A stretch of 64,000 bases of DNA from the human T2T-CHM13v2.0 reference genome, Homo sapiens: assembly GCF_009914755.1 (NCBI RefSeq), contig NC_060927.1; one strand, 5' to 3'. The number at the start of each line of letters is the position of its first letter. The stretch's first letter is position 1. The position numbers were made by a program, and so were the translations under genes. Below, in pieces: positions 26,571 to 39,695 of this stretch. A model generated the notes under the pieces. That model did not search any database. It was given only the letters and a program-made list of their open reading frames with translations, and was not told the origin of the DNA.

Positions 26571-28399
26571 GTGGCAGTTTGAATTTTTTGTGGTTAAGGC
26601 AGCATCAGTGGTTTCAGACATTGGATTTGATTGCCCTCTTTAAATGTAGGAGATATTGGAAGAAGGAAAAGAATCTCTGTTTCTGCTGGTGGAAGAAGTT
26701 GGCAGATAACATAGCCAGGAGGCTTTTAGTCACCCGTTGTGGCTGCTTGACCAGGGCTTGCAGCTTCACAGGGACCAATGATCTGACCTTGCCCAAGGTG
26801 GCAGCCCTTATTTTTCTTAGTATCATTATTGCCATTGTCATAGTGTCATGTGGTGTAGGAGAAACACTTTTACTGTCTTTATACTACTATGTTCACCTAT
26901 GTCTTGACACTGAGCTCTCCAACATGGACAACAAGCAGCCTTTTCACATCTATTATACACATTTAAATGAAATAAAACTTTTATGTGTGTCTTGGCCCAT
27001 GGTTTAAATAAACTAGGCTCCTTGCAGGCAGAAGTTGGACTGTATTTACCAGTTCTGCACAGGTAACAAACACTCAGTAACCATTTTTTAATTGGATCTT
27101 AAAAATAATATCTGCGTTTGACTTTAGACATTTTTTTTTGAATGGGGGAAACAAAGATACCGCATGCCCAGCAAACCTGTGGGCACATCATAAATAATTA
27201 AACAGACAGTAGCTGGATAACAAAGTGAATTTGTCTGGATAGATAGGAAACCTGGATCATTAAGGTCAGAAAAATCTAATGGCCAATCAGCAACTCCCCA
27301 CTTTACTTTGTGCTAATACATTTTAGACCACACAAGTTAACTGTTGAAAGGCCAAAGCATGGTTGCTTGTTTTAGCCTGCTCAAAGAGCTTTTGTCACAA
27401 TTCAGTTTAGGTTTTCAAAAGCAGAGTATATTAATTTTCATGCCCTAAAATCTACTTGCTCCCTTTTGCTTTCCTCCTCCTCCATTTTCCAGCCTCCCCC
27501 AAATGGTTGTATTTGATTTGCATTGTTTTTCATCAAATCCAAATAGGCAACTGACAGGAAATTGTTTATTTTATTAATTGCTGATATTGGCCACAAGTTA
27601 TTTTCTTAGAATGTTCTATCCCAGAATCTGTTCACTTCCTTTTATAGTTCTTTGTGCTCTGCAAGGAGCCTAAACTAGAATGTTATTTACTTTATTTTTT
27701 TATGCTTAAGTTACCCAGGCTTCAATATTCAACAAAATAGGGCAACATTATTTACAGCCTAAATGCAGATATAAATGAAGTATGAACATTTATAGTTTTT
27801 CTTCAGACTTTATACTTATGTGTTCAAGAATAGATGCTTTCTTCCTTCTTAATACTAAGTTTTGGATGCCAGTTATTTACTTATCTACCAGACTTCTGGA
27901 TTACTTTAACTTCTTTTCTGTTCTATATTGGTGGGATTCAAATACTTTTACCAGTGGACCACAGGATCTGCGACTGTTATGTTTGTAAGCTGCCTGCTGA
28001 GCTTTTTTCTACTGATAAGATTGGTAAATTGAGAGGGTTGTGCTTAGCATGAGTGTCGTTTGTGACTCAAACTGAAGTCAGAGCCGCTAGAGCCAGCCAC
28101 TATTCTTTGTATCAGAGTAATTCCATAGCTTTAGGGTGCCCAAAGTATATAACTCATTGCATTGAGCTTCAGCAACAATTATGTGAATGGTCCAGCCTTC
28201 TGGCAGGACACTTGGCACCCACCCATTCCAGAATGGCAAACCAGGGCAGGTTGTTAGGCCCTCTTACCACTAGCACTTGGTCCCATGGCAGGGGTAATTA
28301 GGTGAACCATATTTTAGCTAGTAATCTCAGCTGGGCTGCATCCTGTGGTCGAGGGCTGCCCCCAGGCCACATGTTGCGTATCTGGATTATTCAGGAGGC

Positions 28400-28625
28400 A
28401 GAATTGTGGTGGGAACAATAGAAAGTCTGTAGTTAGGGGCTTGGATTAGATCCTGGCTTCCCTGGTTCCTTTCTTTATGGCCTTGGGCAAGATACTGAAG
28501 TCTGTATGTCCAGTTACTCCATCTCTAAAACAGGTAGAATAAAACCTCCTCTCATAGCATTGTTGTAAAGATTAAAGGAGATGATTGATGTGTGAGCAGT
28601 GTGTGGCACCTAATAAGCATTAGTG
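28400..28625 (+). mobile_element. MIR SINE
   Basis: ggccttgggcaagatact...catctctaaaacagg...ttgttgtaaagattaaa. Confidence 0.7.
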
Positions 28626-28882
28626 TGTTTTTCTGATTTTTAGTTGAGCAGACTCCTTTAGAGAGGTGAGCAGACTAACATGGCCATGCTCGTTTTGAAA
28701 GTTTTGTCTTTTGAAATATGCAGAATGTGCCTAGGGAAATTTCTCAGACATGTTCCATAAATGCTTTCAATAATTGTTTTGGTGTCTTTCTAAATCTGAT
28801 ACCTCAGTACAACTGCACACACATGTAAATAGCCCCAACTATGGGATCAAAGGGTATTGAACATACAATTTCATTGTGCCAA

Positions 28883-29011
28883 GCACCCACATGTCTTGCT
28901 TTGCCCAGGACAATCCAGGTTTACATCTTTTGCTGTGACAAGATTATTAATAGTGCCTCCTTTAACTCTCAAAGGCATCTCAGCTTGGACGATAAATAAT
29001 ATGGTCATCTT
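28883..29011 (+). mobile_element. MER94-like hAT-Blackjack MITE
   Basis: tttgcccaggacaatccaggtttac...attaatagtgcctcc...ttggacgataaataatatggtcatct. Confidence 0.7.
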
Positions 29012-31707
29012 ACTTGTAATCTTCTTTTCACAAACTGCCTTACAACCTATGCTGGAGCCCCATGAGATTCCCCTCTGTGCCTAAACTTAGCCTTTATGGT
29101 GACACCTCTGTTTCCTCAGGTTTCCTTCTCTCTTAGTAATCTTTAAGGTTTTCCTCAGTTAACCACTTCCCAGTTAGAATGAATTATTTCTCTGTCTTCC
29201 AGCCACCACTCTCCCTGTATCTCCATACAGTCCTTCTGCCTCTTAGGCAACTACATCTTTTTCATCCTGAATTTATGAAAACACCTAGTTTAATGTCTTG
29301 TGAAAAGTATTTGTTTAAGTATGTATTTGTTGAATAAATGTGTGAATGGATAAATAAGGGGACAAGAATGAGTCTTAGGAGTTGGATGAAGATGTTATTT
29401 AGACTTAACTCCAACTGGTTTTGATTGGAATATAAAACTCAGTGGGATGTGTGCTTCAAAGAAGAAATTTATTCATGTACATAATTTTGAAAACAAAGGA
29501 AATACCTTCATTTAAAGATGGATCTAGGAATTTGGTTAATTCTATAACTGTTCTGGAAGATGTTAATATAAATGATTGCTCCCTTTTGTGCCCTGAAATA
29601 AGAATAGGCCTTTGAAATTTTCTTTTGATTTATATTCTGCTGTCAAAGTTTAAAAAGGATGGCAAGAGAACATTATTGTTTGCTAAGGGATTTAATCTGT
29701 TTTTTGGTATTTGGTTTCTTTAAGTGATATCTGTAGTTTTTGCTCAGTTGTTGTTTATTTTTGAGGAACTGAATTACTTAAACTCCTATTGTCATTAATA
29801 TTTGCTAGTCACATGGTATTCATTGGAAGTGCTATAAAATTAATAATTAAAAATAAAATACATAAGGAATCTGGAGTACTGATAAGAGTTGTAGGAGTGC
29901 GATCTCTAATTCCTCAGCATGTTTTGTCATGTAATGGTAGAAATTCTGCCCTTTGTTGCAGTGCAAGGATTGGGTGAAGAAGAGATACTAGGAGATGCTT
30001 TGTATGCATCGTCTCATGCAAGTCTCACCAGAACCTGTAAGGAGACATTATCATTCCCCTTACAGACAAGGGAACCCATTCTACAAGGTTTGGGAATTTC
30101 CAAGCAAGGTTAGAGAGGCTGTAAGAGGCAAAGCCAGCATTCTGACCAGGTTTGACTGTCCATGTTTTGAACTGCTCCATCACCCTCTCCCACTCCATCC
30201 TCTGGATGACTTTGATTTTTTCTTTCTTCTCCTACTTGCCCAAGCCATTCTGACTTCTTGATCTTAGCAGTTTCTACCAGTACTAAAATAGACAACTAAT
30301 TTTTAATGAGAAAAGTTTGGCTTTTTGTGGCTGAATCTTATGATGAAACCAATGTGTACCTAACCAACATGAAGCCATAACCATAGTCCTGCCCATCGTG
30401 CCTCAAGTTTCTGTCTGATCTGCAAACCAGGACCTTGTCCTTTTCCTCTCTGCTCTCCTTTGATGGATTAGAAATTCTTTTAGGGGGGTTAGTTTCCATT
30501 TTTATTTCTTTTTTAACAAAAAGTTGATTTATAGTTCTATGCATTTTTAGGGTCCTGGAAGGTAAAGCAGGTAACAACTAGTAATGGTTTGTTTTTTTAG
30601 GTGGGCTTCTTCTATTATTGTTTCGGAATTGTCAACTAATTATAGAATTTTAGAATACAATAATACAACACATTACTGTGTAGTCAATATTCAGTATATT
30701 TTTGGAGTGTGCTAAATGTACTGATTTGGATATTGCAGATATTAACATCCCAGAAACCAAGCAGCTGGGTTTAAAAGTGATTAATCATGGAGATTCATGA
30801 GATTTTCACAGCGGAAAGAGATCATGTAAAATTCTTTTGTAGTTAGAGATACACAAGGCCATACTGATTAGTACATTTAGCTCCTAGCTATGGTTGAATT
30901 CATTTATTTGCATATTAGCATAACAGAATTGGAAAAATTTGTTATGTAATACTGCAGTATGTGAGTATTAATAGAACAAGATGTGGTCTTCTAGATTAAA
31001 AAAATAGCTATTTTTTGTGAATTTGTTTTTTGCTATAGATAGCTGCATGTGTACACATGCTATACTTGTGTATGCATATACCCTGAAGACTGTTTATAAA
31101 TCGTAAAGATTAAGAGCAAACCAAATAATGTAGTGCTAGGTTGACACAAATCCTGTGTCTCTCTCTCAGAGACTGATGGACTGATGGGTAGCAGGTGTAT
31201 GCTCTTCAAATTGAAAATGCCCAGGAAGGGATAGGCTGTTCCCTATGAGCATTGCTGATGAAGCCTCTGTTGCTTTTGACCAATTAGTGTGGTCACAGAG
31301 GGTTAAGTGACCTCATTTGCAGCTACCATCAGAATTACAAGCCATATGACTCTCTCCATATGGTTTCCTGCTACCTTTTATTTTTTATTCTAAACTCTGA
31401 TATTCTGTAGTCATAGTAAATGTATTTTTTCAAGTTATTTATATGATTTAATGTTTATTATTGAATAAAGGATATTGCTTAGATTTTTATTTCTATCAAT
31501 CCATGCTAATATATTAAATGCCAATATAATTATTCAGATGTTTTCATATTGAAGCTAATAAAATTCCTATTGAAATACTGGTTTTGAGAATGTCTTCATC
31601 TGTGGAGTATTTGATGATTTGTTGAAAGAGATCTGTATGCTCTTCCAAAGCTTTCCCTGGTTTATGTATATTTCCAGAAATAATTTTCTATACATTAAAA
31701 ATAATAT

Positions 31708-32821
31708 TAGCAGTAGAATTACTATATCATAGGACAGACATGTGTACATTCAGCTTTAGTAGATACTATTAGGTGATTTTCCTAACTGGTCCAGCCAATT
31801 TACACACCTACCAGGTTATATGAATGCTAGGTGCTCTAAATGCACACATTTGGTATTATCAGTGTTTCTTTGTCTTTTTGCTTTTTGATTGTAACTATTG
31901 TGACGGTTATGTAATGGTACTTCACTGTGGCTTTTTGGCTGAATTTCTCTCATGGCTAATGATGTTGAACATCTTTTCATATGTTTCTTGGCCATTTGGA
32001 TATTCTCTTTTGTGAAAATGCTTGTTCAAGTCTTTTGCCCATTTAAAAAGTCAGGTTGTTTTTATTTTAAAAAAAATGGTATGTAGGACTTAATTTACAT
32101 TTTCTGAATATGTCTTTTGTGATATATATATATATTCAAGTTGTTTATATGGTTTAATGTTTATTATTGAAGAAAATAAAGGATATCGCTTAGATTTTTA
32201 TTTCTATCAATCCGTGCTAATAGCTTATATTAAATGCCAATGTAATTATTCAGATGATATATATGTTTTGTGATATATCACAAAAGACATTTTCAACATA
32301 TATAGATATGTTGAAACACGTATCTATATAGATATAGATATATGTTGAAACATGTATCTATATCGATATAGATATATGTTGAAAATGTCTTCTAGTATGT
32401 GACTTGCTTTTTCACTGTCTTAAAGGGTATATTTTAATGAAAATTCTTAATTTTAGAGAAGTTCAGTGTATCAGTATTTTTCTTTATGGTTATTATTTTT
32501 GAGTCCTGTTTCAGAAATGTTTACTTAGCCTAATTCTATGAAGATAGTCATTTATTTCACCACTGGAGTCTTATTGTTCTATTTTTCATGTTTAGATCTG
32601 GATTTCATTTTGTGTGTGTGGTGTGAGGTAGGGTTAAAGATTTTCTTTCCATATAAATATCCAATTAATTCAGCACCATTTATTTGAAAATAGAATCTCT
32701 TTCCCACTGCACTGCATTGGTCTTCGATCCTAGATCAAGTGGCCATTTATGTATGGGTCTGTTTTTGGAGTCTATTTTGTTACATACACATAAAGTCCTT
32801 ATATACTTACCACACTGTCTT
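31708..32821 (-). mobile_element. Old L1M ORF2 3' segment (inverted part)
   Basis: Antisense L1 phrases: gatgttgaacatcttttcatatgtttcttggccattt, ccaattaattcagcaccatttatttgaaaa. Confidence 0.85.
32307..32384. repeat. 34-bp tandem repeat (2.3 copies) with internal palindromes
   Basis: tatgttgaaaca(c/t)gtatctatat(a/c)gatatagata x2 plus tatgttgaaa. Confidence 0.9.
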
Positions 32822-32826
32822 TCTGG

Positions 32827-33340
32827 CTAGGTATATACCTAACAGGAGTTACTCCATATGTATATTGAAAGACATTTCCAAGAGTCCTTAAAGCAGCATT
32901 AATTCTAACAGTCCCAAATTGAAAGCAACAACTCAAATGCCTATCTTATAAAATAGCGTATCATACAGTGGAATCCTATGAGGAAAAGGAAGAAAGAACA
33001 GAAACAGCAGATGACTGCCCTATGCACTGCTTGAGTCTCCCAAGCATAATGCTAAGGGAAATAAACCAGCCACAAAAGAATACATATTTTTGATTATAAT
33101 TATATAAAGTTCAAAAGCAGCTAAACTAATTTGGAGTGGTAGAAGTTATAATAGTGGTTACACTTGGGGATAATAATTGAGGGAGGAAGCAAGGGTCCTA
33201 CTGGGTGCCAGTGATGTTTGGTTTCTGCATCTGGTTGGTGATTCCAAATGTGGGTTTACTTTGTAAAAATCCATTAGGTTTTACACTTAGGATTTTTTTT
33301 CTGGAAGTCTATCATACTGCAACAAATTAAGTTTATTCAA
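32827..33340 (+). mobile_element. Old L1M (L1ME-like) 3' end, sense part
   Basis: ctaggtatatacc...caactcaaatgcctatc...ttatataaagttcaaaagcagctaaactaat...aatagtggttac. Confidence 0.8.
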
Positions 33341-34064
33341 ACAATTAAATTGTGAACATTAATCAAACTCAGATACCAATTGGTTACTTCCTCCTGCACT
33401 ATTTAGGGCCGTGCCTTTTACAGTTTTTTGCTGTCTGTGGATCAGCATGTGAAACATTTCTGCTGCTGTGGACACTTGTACGTGGTGAGACCTGCTAAAG
33501 CCCTGCACTAGTTGATGGCCTGGAGAGGGGGTGGGTGGAGAGAGGGGCAGCTTGCTGGAAGAGCCTGAGGACTGGATCTTCCTTGGAATATACTGAAAGC
33601 ACAAAAGGAGCTGGGCCTGGGTGGAAAGTTGACACATTCGTGAAGAGTGTGTTGGTCACTGCAGTCATCTTACACTGCAGTCGTGATTGCTTGGAGTTTT
33701 TATGATTTGTTTAGTGTAGTTTTGAGCTTCAGGTGCACTCGAAAGTTTTAATATTTGAAAATGTGCTGCTCATAATAAAACTTTGAGAACCACTCGTTTG
33801 TGGAGCACCTGCTCTTCACATAACAGTTTTCTAGATAGAGCTTTTTGGTCTCAAAAGCAGTTAACAGAGCAAAACCAGTTATCCAGATATACGGACAAAA
33901 TGGAGAGTTGTTTGATCACTGCTAAGTAATAGCATACCTAGGATCTCAGGTGGTCGGTCAACAGAGAGTTTTAGCTCTACTGAACACTTATTCTGCCTAA
34001 TCTAAATATTCTTTTGGGTAGGAAAGGACGAAGGGGAAATAATCTTCAGATGGGTCATTTTAAG

Positions 34065-34200
34065 ACACATTGGAATTACCTGGATTCTAAAACATACTAA
34101 TGTGAAGACCCCACCTGGCTGCAATTGAATCAGAACCTCTGGGGGTTTCCTAAAGTGCCCTGGGAGATTTTAAAGTATAGCCAGGGTTAACAACAGCTGT
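34065..34200. mobile_element. MER5-like hAT-Charlie remnant
   Basis: acattggaattacctgg...aattgaatcagaacctctgggg...tatagccagggttaacaac. Confidence 0.6.
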
Positions 34201-37200
34201 GAAACCTTTCTTATATGTTGGGTTCTCGACTTCCCTGTGTAGCTCTGTTAGATATGAGAGAACAAACAGCTCCCGGAATCCTGCAGATGATAGTTGGTGA
34301 GCATGTGGCTGGTGGGGTGTAGGGGGCAGGATTAAACCTTAACTTGCCTCGGTGGAGTTTTTCTTTAAGGGAGTCGAGCTGCCCTTTTTTGGAGGGGATA
34401 TAAAATGTCAATGAAGGGGAATAATTCCTTAGTAAAATTTGGAGAAATAGATTTTATATGTGAAAATGACAGTCTGCCCTATGTGTCTTTTTTTGATCTA
34501 GGTAAAGGTAAAAATTATGTCAATTAAAAAAAAAAAAGGCCCTGGGTTGGTTATTTGGAGCCTTAATCCCCCTTGATTAATCATTACTGTGCAGCTCCTA
34601 GTCCCTGTAGTTCCTGGCGAGTCCCTGGGCTCTTGTCCATCCCTCACAAGAGAAACTATATAGGTGTACCCATGGCATTCTGCAGCATGAAGGAGGAGCC
34701 TCCCTAGGAAAAATTGTCTTTAGAAAGAATTAGTTTGGCAGAGGCACTAGCACTATTTCTAGAGAGAGGTGATTGGATGTTTCACTTTGCTAAATGAGTG
34801 TAGTAAAAACGCTGTTTACTCACAGAAGATTATAAATCGGCACTTGCCAGACAGGTGTCTGTTTGTAAGGGTGATTTATGCGGGGAGGATGTGAACCATC
34901 TGGTGATGCTCCAGTGCTCCGCCCGAGGGTGGGCTGACATCTGGGTTGGCACGTCATGACCTTTGCGTGAATGTGTACTTTCTGAATGCTAGAGCATTTT
35001 CCTCTTGCCATGCTGACCTTCGCGGTAAAGAGGAATGAACATTGAACTCCTGAGGCATCTATAAAACATATTTTATTGGCTGCAAAGCAGTAACATGAAG
35101 ATTTCAGTCGTTACTTGTTTGTAACCTTAGTTATGCAGTGTGTACTCATTTTCTCCTCAACTGGACTGCACAAATTATTAGAGGTTGTCATTCCCATTTA
35201 TTTTTTTAGGTCATTTTTTTTTTTCTCTTCCACATTGACAAGGATGAGTCTTCTAGCCAAGAAGCTTGTGCCCCTCACTTGTCTTGAGTAGGCACCAAGG
35301 AAGAGTAGTGACCTGAGGGGAAGGCCAAGTCCTTGGAGACCCCTGTTTAGAGGCCGGAGAGGCACCAACAGTTTGGCAGCAGCAAAGTTTTCTCAAGCTG
35401 TCCCTATCTTGATTGTGACACAATTGTTAACACATATACCTTTGACAGGCAGTTTTATTTACGTATTCTAAATGGGAGGCGTAGTAGAAATGAACTTTAA
35501 TATTCTTTGGGGAGAGAAAATCTACAGCCTTTTTTTTTTGGAACATTCAGTACTCAGTAATATTTACCAAGTGAAGAATAAGAGAGGTTTCCTTTCCTAC
35601 AGCATAATTAGCCAGATCTTACCCATCTTCATTGTTAGGAAAAAAAGTATTGTTGAAAAAGATTTTAAAATAGTTAAATAGCCCTTTTGTCCTAAGGAAT
35701 AGCTGCCGGGTATGAATGCTACCCGGAGGGGTCTGGAAGCAAGAGAGTGAAATAGTGCGAGAGAAACAGGCACATAGCCACATAGCAAGCGTTCTACTGG
35801 GCTCCTTACTGGGAAGTTGGTGAGATGTGTGGCCTCTGTGGCAGTGGCCCTGACCTGTCCTCATCATTACTGGTTGCCAGACAGTAAAGTAAGACAAGGT
35901 GGAGGATGGCTTAGAAGATACCACCAAAATAACAGGGCTTGATAAAGCTGTCCCCAGATACAGTTTGGCAACTCTCAGGACCGTCATTCCTGGGAACAAC
36001 AGGGACCACGGGATCTATTAGTTATGTTCCAAAATGGCACTTAAAACCTTTCCACACCAGGTCACACATGGAAAATGATATAATTGTCTAGATAACACGA
36101 GGAGATTGCTTGGGGCCAGAGGCCCCAGCCAGCTGTGGCAGGGGTTGGAGGGTGGAGGGGGAGGGGGTTGCGGGGACCCACGCCTTGGCAGGCCATTTGG
36201 CAGTAATACTTGGCAGTAACCATTAGTGCTGTGCTGGGGCGTGTTTGTCAGGAGGTTGTGCTTCAAAAGGTGGTAGAGAGAAGAATGGAGGAACAAGGAA
36301 AGGTACAGTAAGCTGCAGAGTGCTGTGTATCTGTCACTATCGAGGGGATGCCCTTTGCACCATGATTCTCACTTTAGTGGTGAGTTGAATCTTGGCCTCA
36401 AGGCATGTCATGGAGCTGTGGCCACTGTGGAAACAACACCAGCAGACAGCTTAGCCTGTATATGGATGGAGCGTCTCAGCAGGGAGAGGAACAGTTGAGC
36501 ATCTACCTTCACAAGAGGGCTGCTTTTCTACATAGAGAGGACTGTTAGTCCAGCCTTAGGCTTTTCTGCTGTATCTAAACAGAGCAGCCCATTGGGGTCA
36601 TGTTTGAAAACAGCAACAACAGAGTATCAAGTAGGTACAGAGGCTGAATTCCCTGAATTTCTGTGCAGAAGTTCACACCAGAGACCTGGACACTAGTTGG
36701 GGAGCTGGCCTGTGGAGACCAAGAGCTGCAACTTGAGAGTCATGAGTTCTGATTCGGGTCTGCACCTCTGCTTGGTTGAAGTGTTAAATGTGTCCAGAAG
36801 ACTGTGTTTTCTCCTCTTTTTTCTGTAAAAAGTGCGTGAAATCTTGTCTGCTTGATTTCTTGTATGTCTTTTCGGGACCAGGGCAAGTACTTTTCGCATG
36901 ACTGACATGGTAAGTAAAACCTGTATGGATCTTGGGAAGAGCTCTTGGTCTGAATGATTCAGTTTTTGCTATTTTGCTGTTGATTTGATTATTTATGTGA
37001 GAAAGATCTGTGCTGTTCCTGAAAATTTGCTAATAAATCCATTAAAATATCCCCCCCGCCGCCCCCCGTCAAAACACCCTAACAAGAAACTATCCTATTT
37101 TAGAGGGCACGTTTACTTTTTCCCATCTCTTATTTGAAATGTTCTTTTCAACATTCCCTGCTTTGCTTTTTTGAATATCATGTTTTAGTTTTTTATTTTT

Positions 37201-37849
37201 ATTTTGGTTCACTCTGGCTTTGGTTTAATTACCCTTTTAAATGGAAACATGTAACTGCAGGCCCAGTCCATCATTTGTATTAGTTTTCAGCACTCTGAAC
37301 TTGGGTGGGTTGGGCACGATTGTTTTAGTTGCTACCTGGATAAGACTGTTGAGATCTTAATCTCAGAGTCTTGAAGAATTCTGTTACTGAGGTAGCAGTG
37401 ACTGTTTACTAAAGAAAATAACCTTCATTTTTTCTTCTTGACAGAGGTAAAAATTCAGAGAAGAATTTAAGAAGTCAGGGCAATAAGATTAATTTAAACA
37501 GTTATTTCTGTGTGTTTAGTATTGTCACTAGACTTAAAAAGACAATAAAAATTTTAACTGATAAAATTACAAATCATCCTTGTTTTCCTCATAGAGCATA
37601 TCAAATTCAGAAGAAAGAAGCTATAAACTTTATATCTAGCATGCATTTTGACTTTTAAGAAAATCAGTTAAACTCTGTATCTCACCGTATTCTCTCTACA
37701 GTATATTGAAATAAAGCTATATGTTGATTTGCTCATTTCATTAGGATTATTATCCTGATGTTTTAAAAGGTTTTTAAAGCTCCTGAAGCAAGATGTTATA
37801 AAAATGCAAAAAACTTCATAACCAAAAAAGTCTGGGAAAGTTAGTTTGT

Positions 37850-38070
37850 ATGCTAATAACACCTCATATTTGCATAGCTCTTTCATCCCTGCAAGACCAC
37901 CTTTAACATCAGCTTAGTGGGCTCTCACAATGCTCCCGTTCGGTGGACATCATCAGTGGCCTCCATTTTGCAGGTGAAAAAGTTGAGGCCCATGTAAAAT
38001 ACACGTGGTCACACTAGACTTTGGCAAGGTTGGGCTTTGGACTCAGATCTGCTGGTTACTCTCCATGCCA
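37850..38070 (-). mobile_element. MIR SINE
   Basis: ctccattttgcaggtgaaaaagttgaggccc...ggtcacac...ggactcagatct. Confidence 0.7.
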
Positions 38071-38849
38071 CTTGGGTACCTTCTCACATTTTATACGTGT
38101 AAATTGGGAAGGTAGCAATTCATTTCTCTCTCACTTCAAAAATAGAAACTCAGTATCATCAAAAGATAATCTTGGAGTGGCACTGTTTGAGGTGGTGAAT
38201 TGTTTGCTAGTTGAGAAACCAAAGAGTTGTTTTTCTTCTGTGAAAGGAACTGAAGTTTAACGCCTTGATTGTGTGTTGCTGGCCCACTGTTACTTAGAAA
38301 AATTAACTGCTCCACTGCTTATTTTGATAAGGCAGAGCAGCTGTTTGTCCTTGAAGTTTCAAAAAATTATATTTATGCACTAAATTCATTTGGCAAGTCA
38401 GACCTGTTTGTTCCAATAAAGCAACAGTATCTCCCCTGGCCATTCTGGAAGCCACCTGTTGCTTTCAAGAGTTACATGGAAGGGGCTGCTCCTGAGATAT
38501 TAAAGACTCTTCAGAATGTGGGGGCCACATACTGGAGCCATGTGACCCAGTGGGGAGCTGGTGCTGATGAGGTCAAGGTCTCAGGCTGTCCTCCTTTGTG
38601 TAGGGAGCTTTGCAGAGAGCAGGACTCCACTCCATAGTCCAAGTCTGCATCCTCGACTTGGGCAGTGCCCACACAAATGGGCAACTGTTGGCAAGGGCAT
38701 CTATGTATGTCCATCCTGTCACCACCCCCTCACCGTCCTTAGCATATAGTCTTACCACTTGTGTCTTAGAGAAACCCTTTAGCCTTTGTCTTGGGACCTG
38801 TACACTGGTCCTCCTCTGTTAATTAACAGGCAGGGAGCTGCCTCTCCTC

Positions 38850-39440
38850 CAGTTGTCCCTGTACTCTGGATCGCATCCTCTCCCTCCTGTGTCTTTAACT
38901 TCTCTGTCTGTGCCGTGTTTCCCCCATCAGCCTGTAAGCATTCTCACGTTCTAAAAAACAAGAAAGGTAGCAGTAGCCTCTCTCTAGCCTTCTCAGCTCT
39001 CTCTTCAGCTACCTCCTAAACTCTCTTCTCCCTGTTTTCAGCTGTATCTAAAGAGTGTCTGTGATCTCTTTCTGCATTTGCTTTCCTTCCATTCACCCCT
39101 CCACCCTGCCCCGCTTGTGAAGATCATCAGGGCTGTCTGTGCCACACAGTGAATAGGTCTCCTTCTCTCATTCCATGCCTCATTCTGGACAACTTGTTCC
39201 ATAGCCATAGCTGCAGTTACCCATGGATTCACTGGTGACTCTCACATTGATGTTTCCAGCTCAGATTTGCCCTCTGAGCCCAGACACTGCTGTCTGCTCT
39301 GCATCCCCTCTAGCATGCCCCCAGCCATCTCACTACAATGTATTCACATCCAACCTTCCCTGTCTTATCCTGCCCCCTCCTCCTATCTGGTCCTTTTCTG
39401 AAGTTATTTAGTTTGGCAGATGACACCACTATCCATTCTC
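38850..39440 (+). mobile_element. L2 LINE fragment
   Basis: Pyrimidine-rich degraded L2 body (gactctcacatt...ccagctcagatt...ctgagcccagac). Confidence 0.5.
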
Positions 39441-39540
39441 CTTTATGGCCATTGAATCGGACTGGATGAAAGAGAGAGTATTTTTTTTAAGGAGTTGGCA
39501 AGGTTAAGAAATTACAGCAAGGTCTCCTTTCATAAGAGAG

Positions 39541-39695
39541 TGCATTTACCTTTTTGAAGAGAAATGATCAGTTCTGATAGGGGCTGCTATTAAAATTAAA
39601 CAATTGTGTGATTTCCATGCATTTACCTTTTTCTAAGAGAAATGATCAGTTCTGATACATGCTGCTATTAAAATTAAACAAGTGCATGATTTCTA
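39541..39695. repeat. Tandem duplication, 77/78-bp unit x2
   Basis: tgcatttaccttttt...aagagaaatgatcagttctgata...gctgctattaaaattaaacaa...tgatttc at 39541-39617 and 39618-39695. Confidence 0.95.

Noticed and set aside
26411-27007. 198-aa ORF with a hydrophobic, TM-like stretch
   Set aside because: GTG start within a MIR, no recognisable homology or splice structure; likely a chance intronic ORF.
32257-32391. CRISPR-like or pre-miRNA interpretation of the palindromic repeats
   Set aside because: No unique spacers, eukaryotic context, and the arms are copies of the adjacent L1 break ends; better explained as a repair scar.
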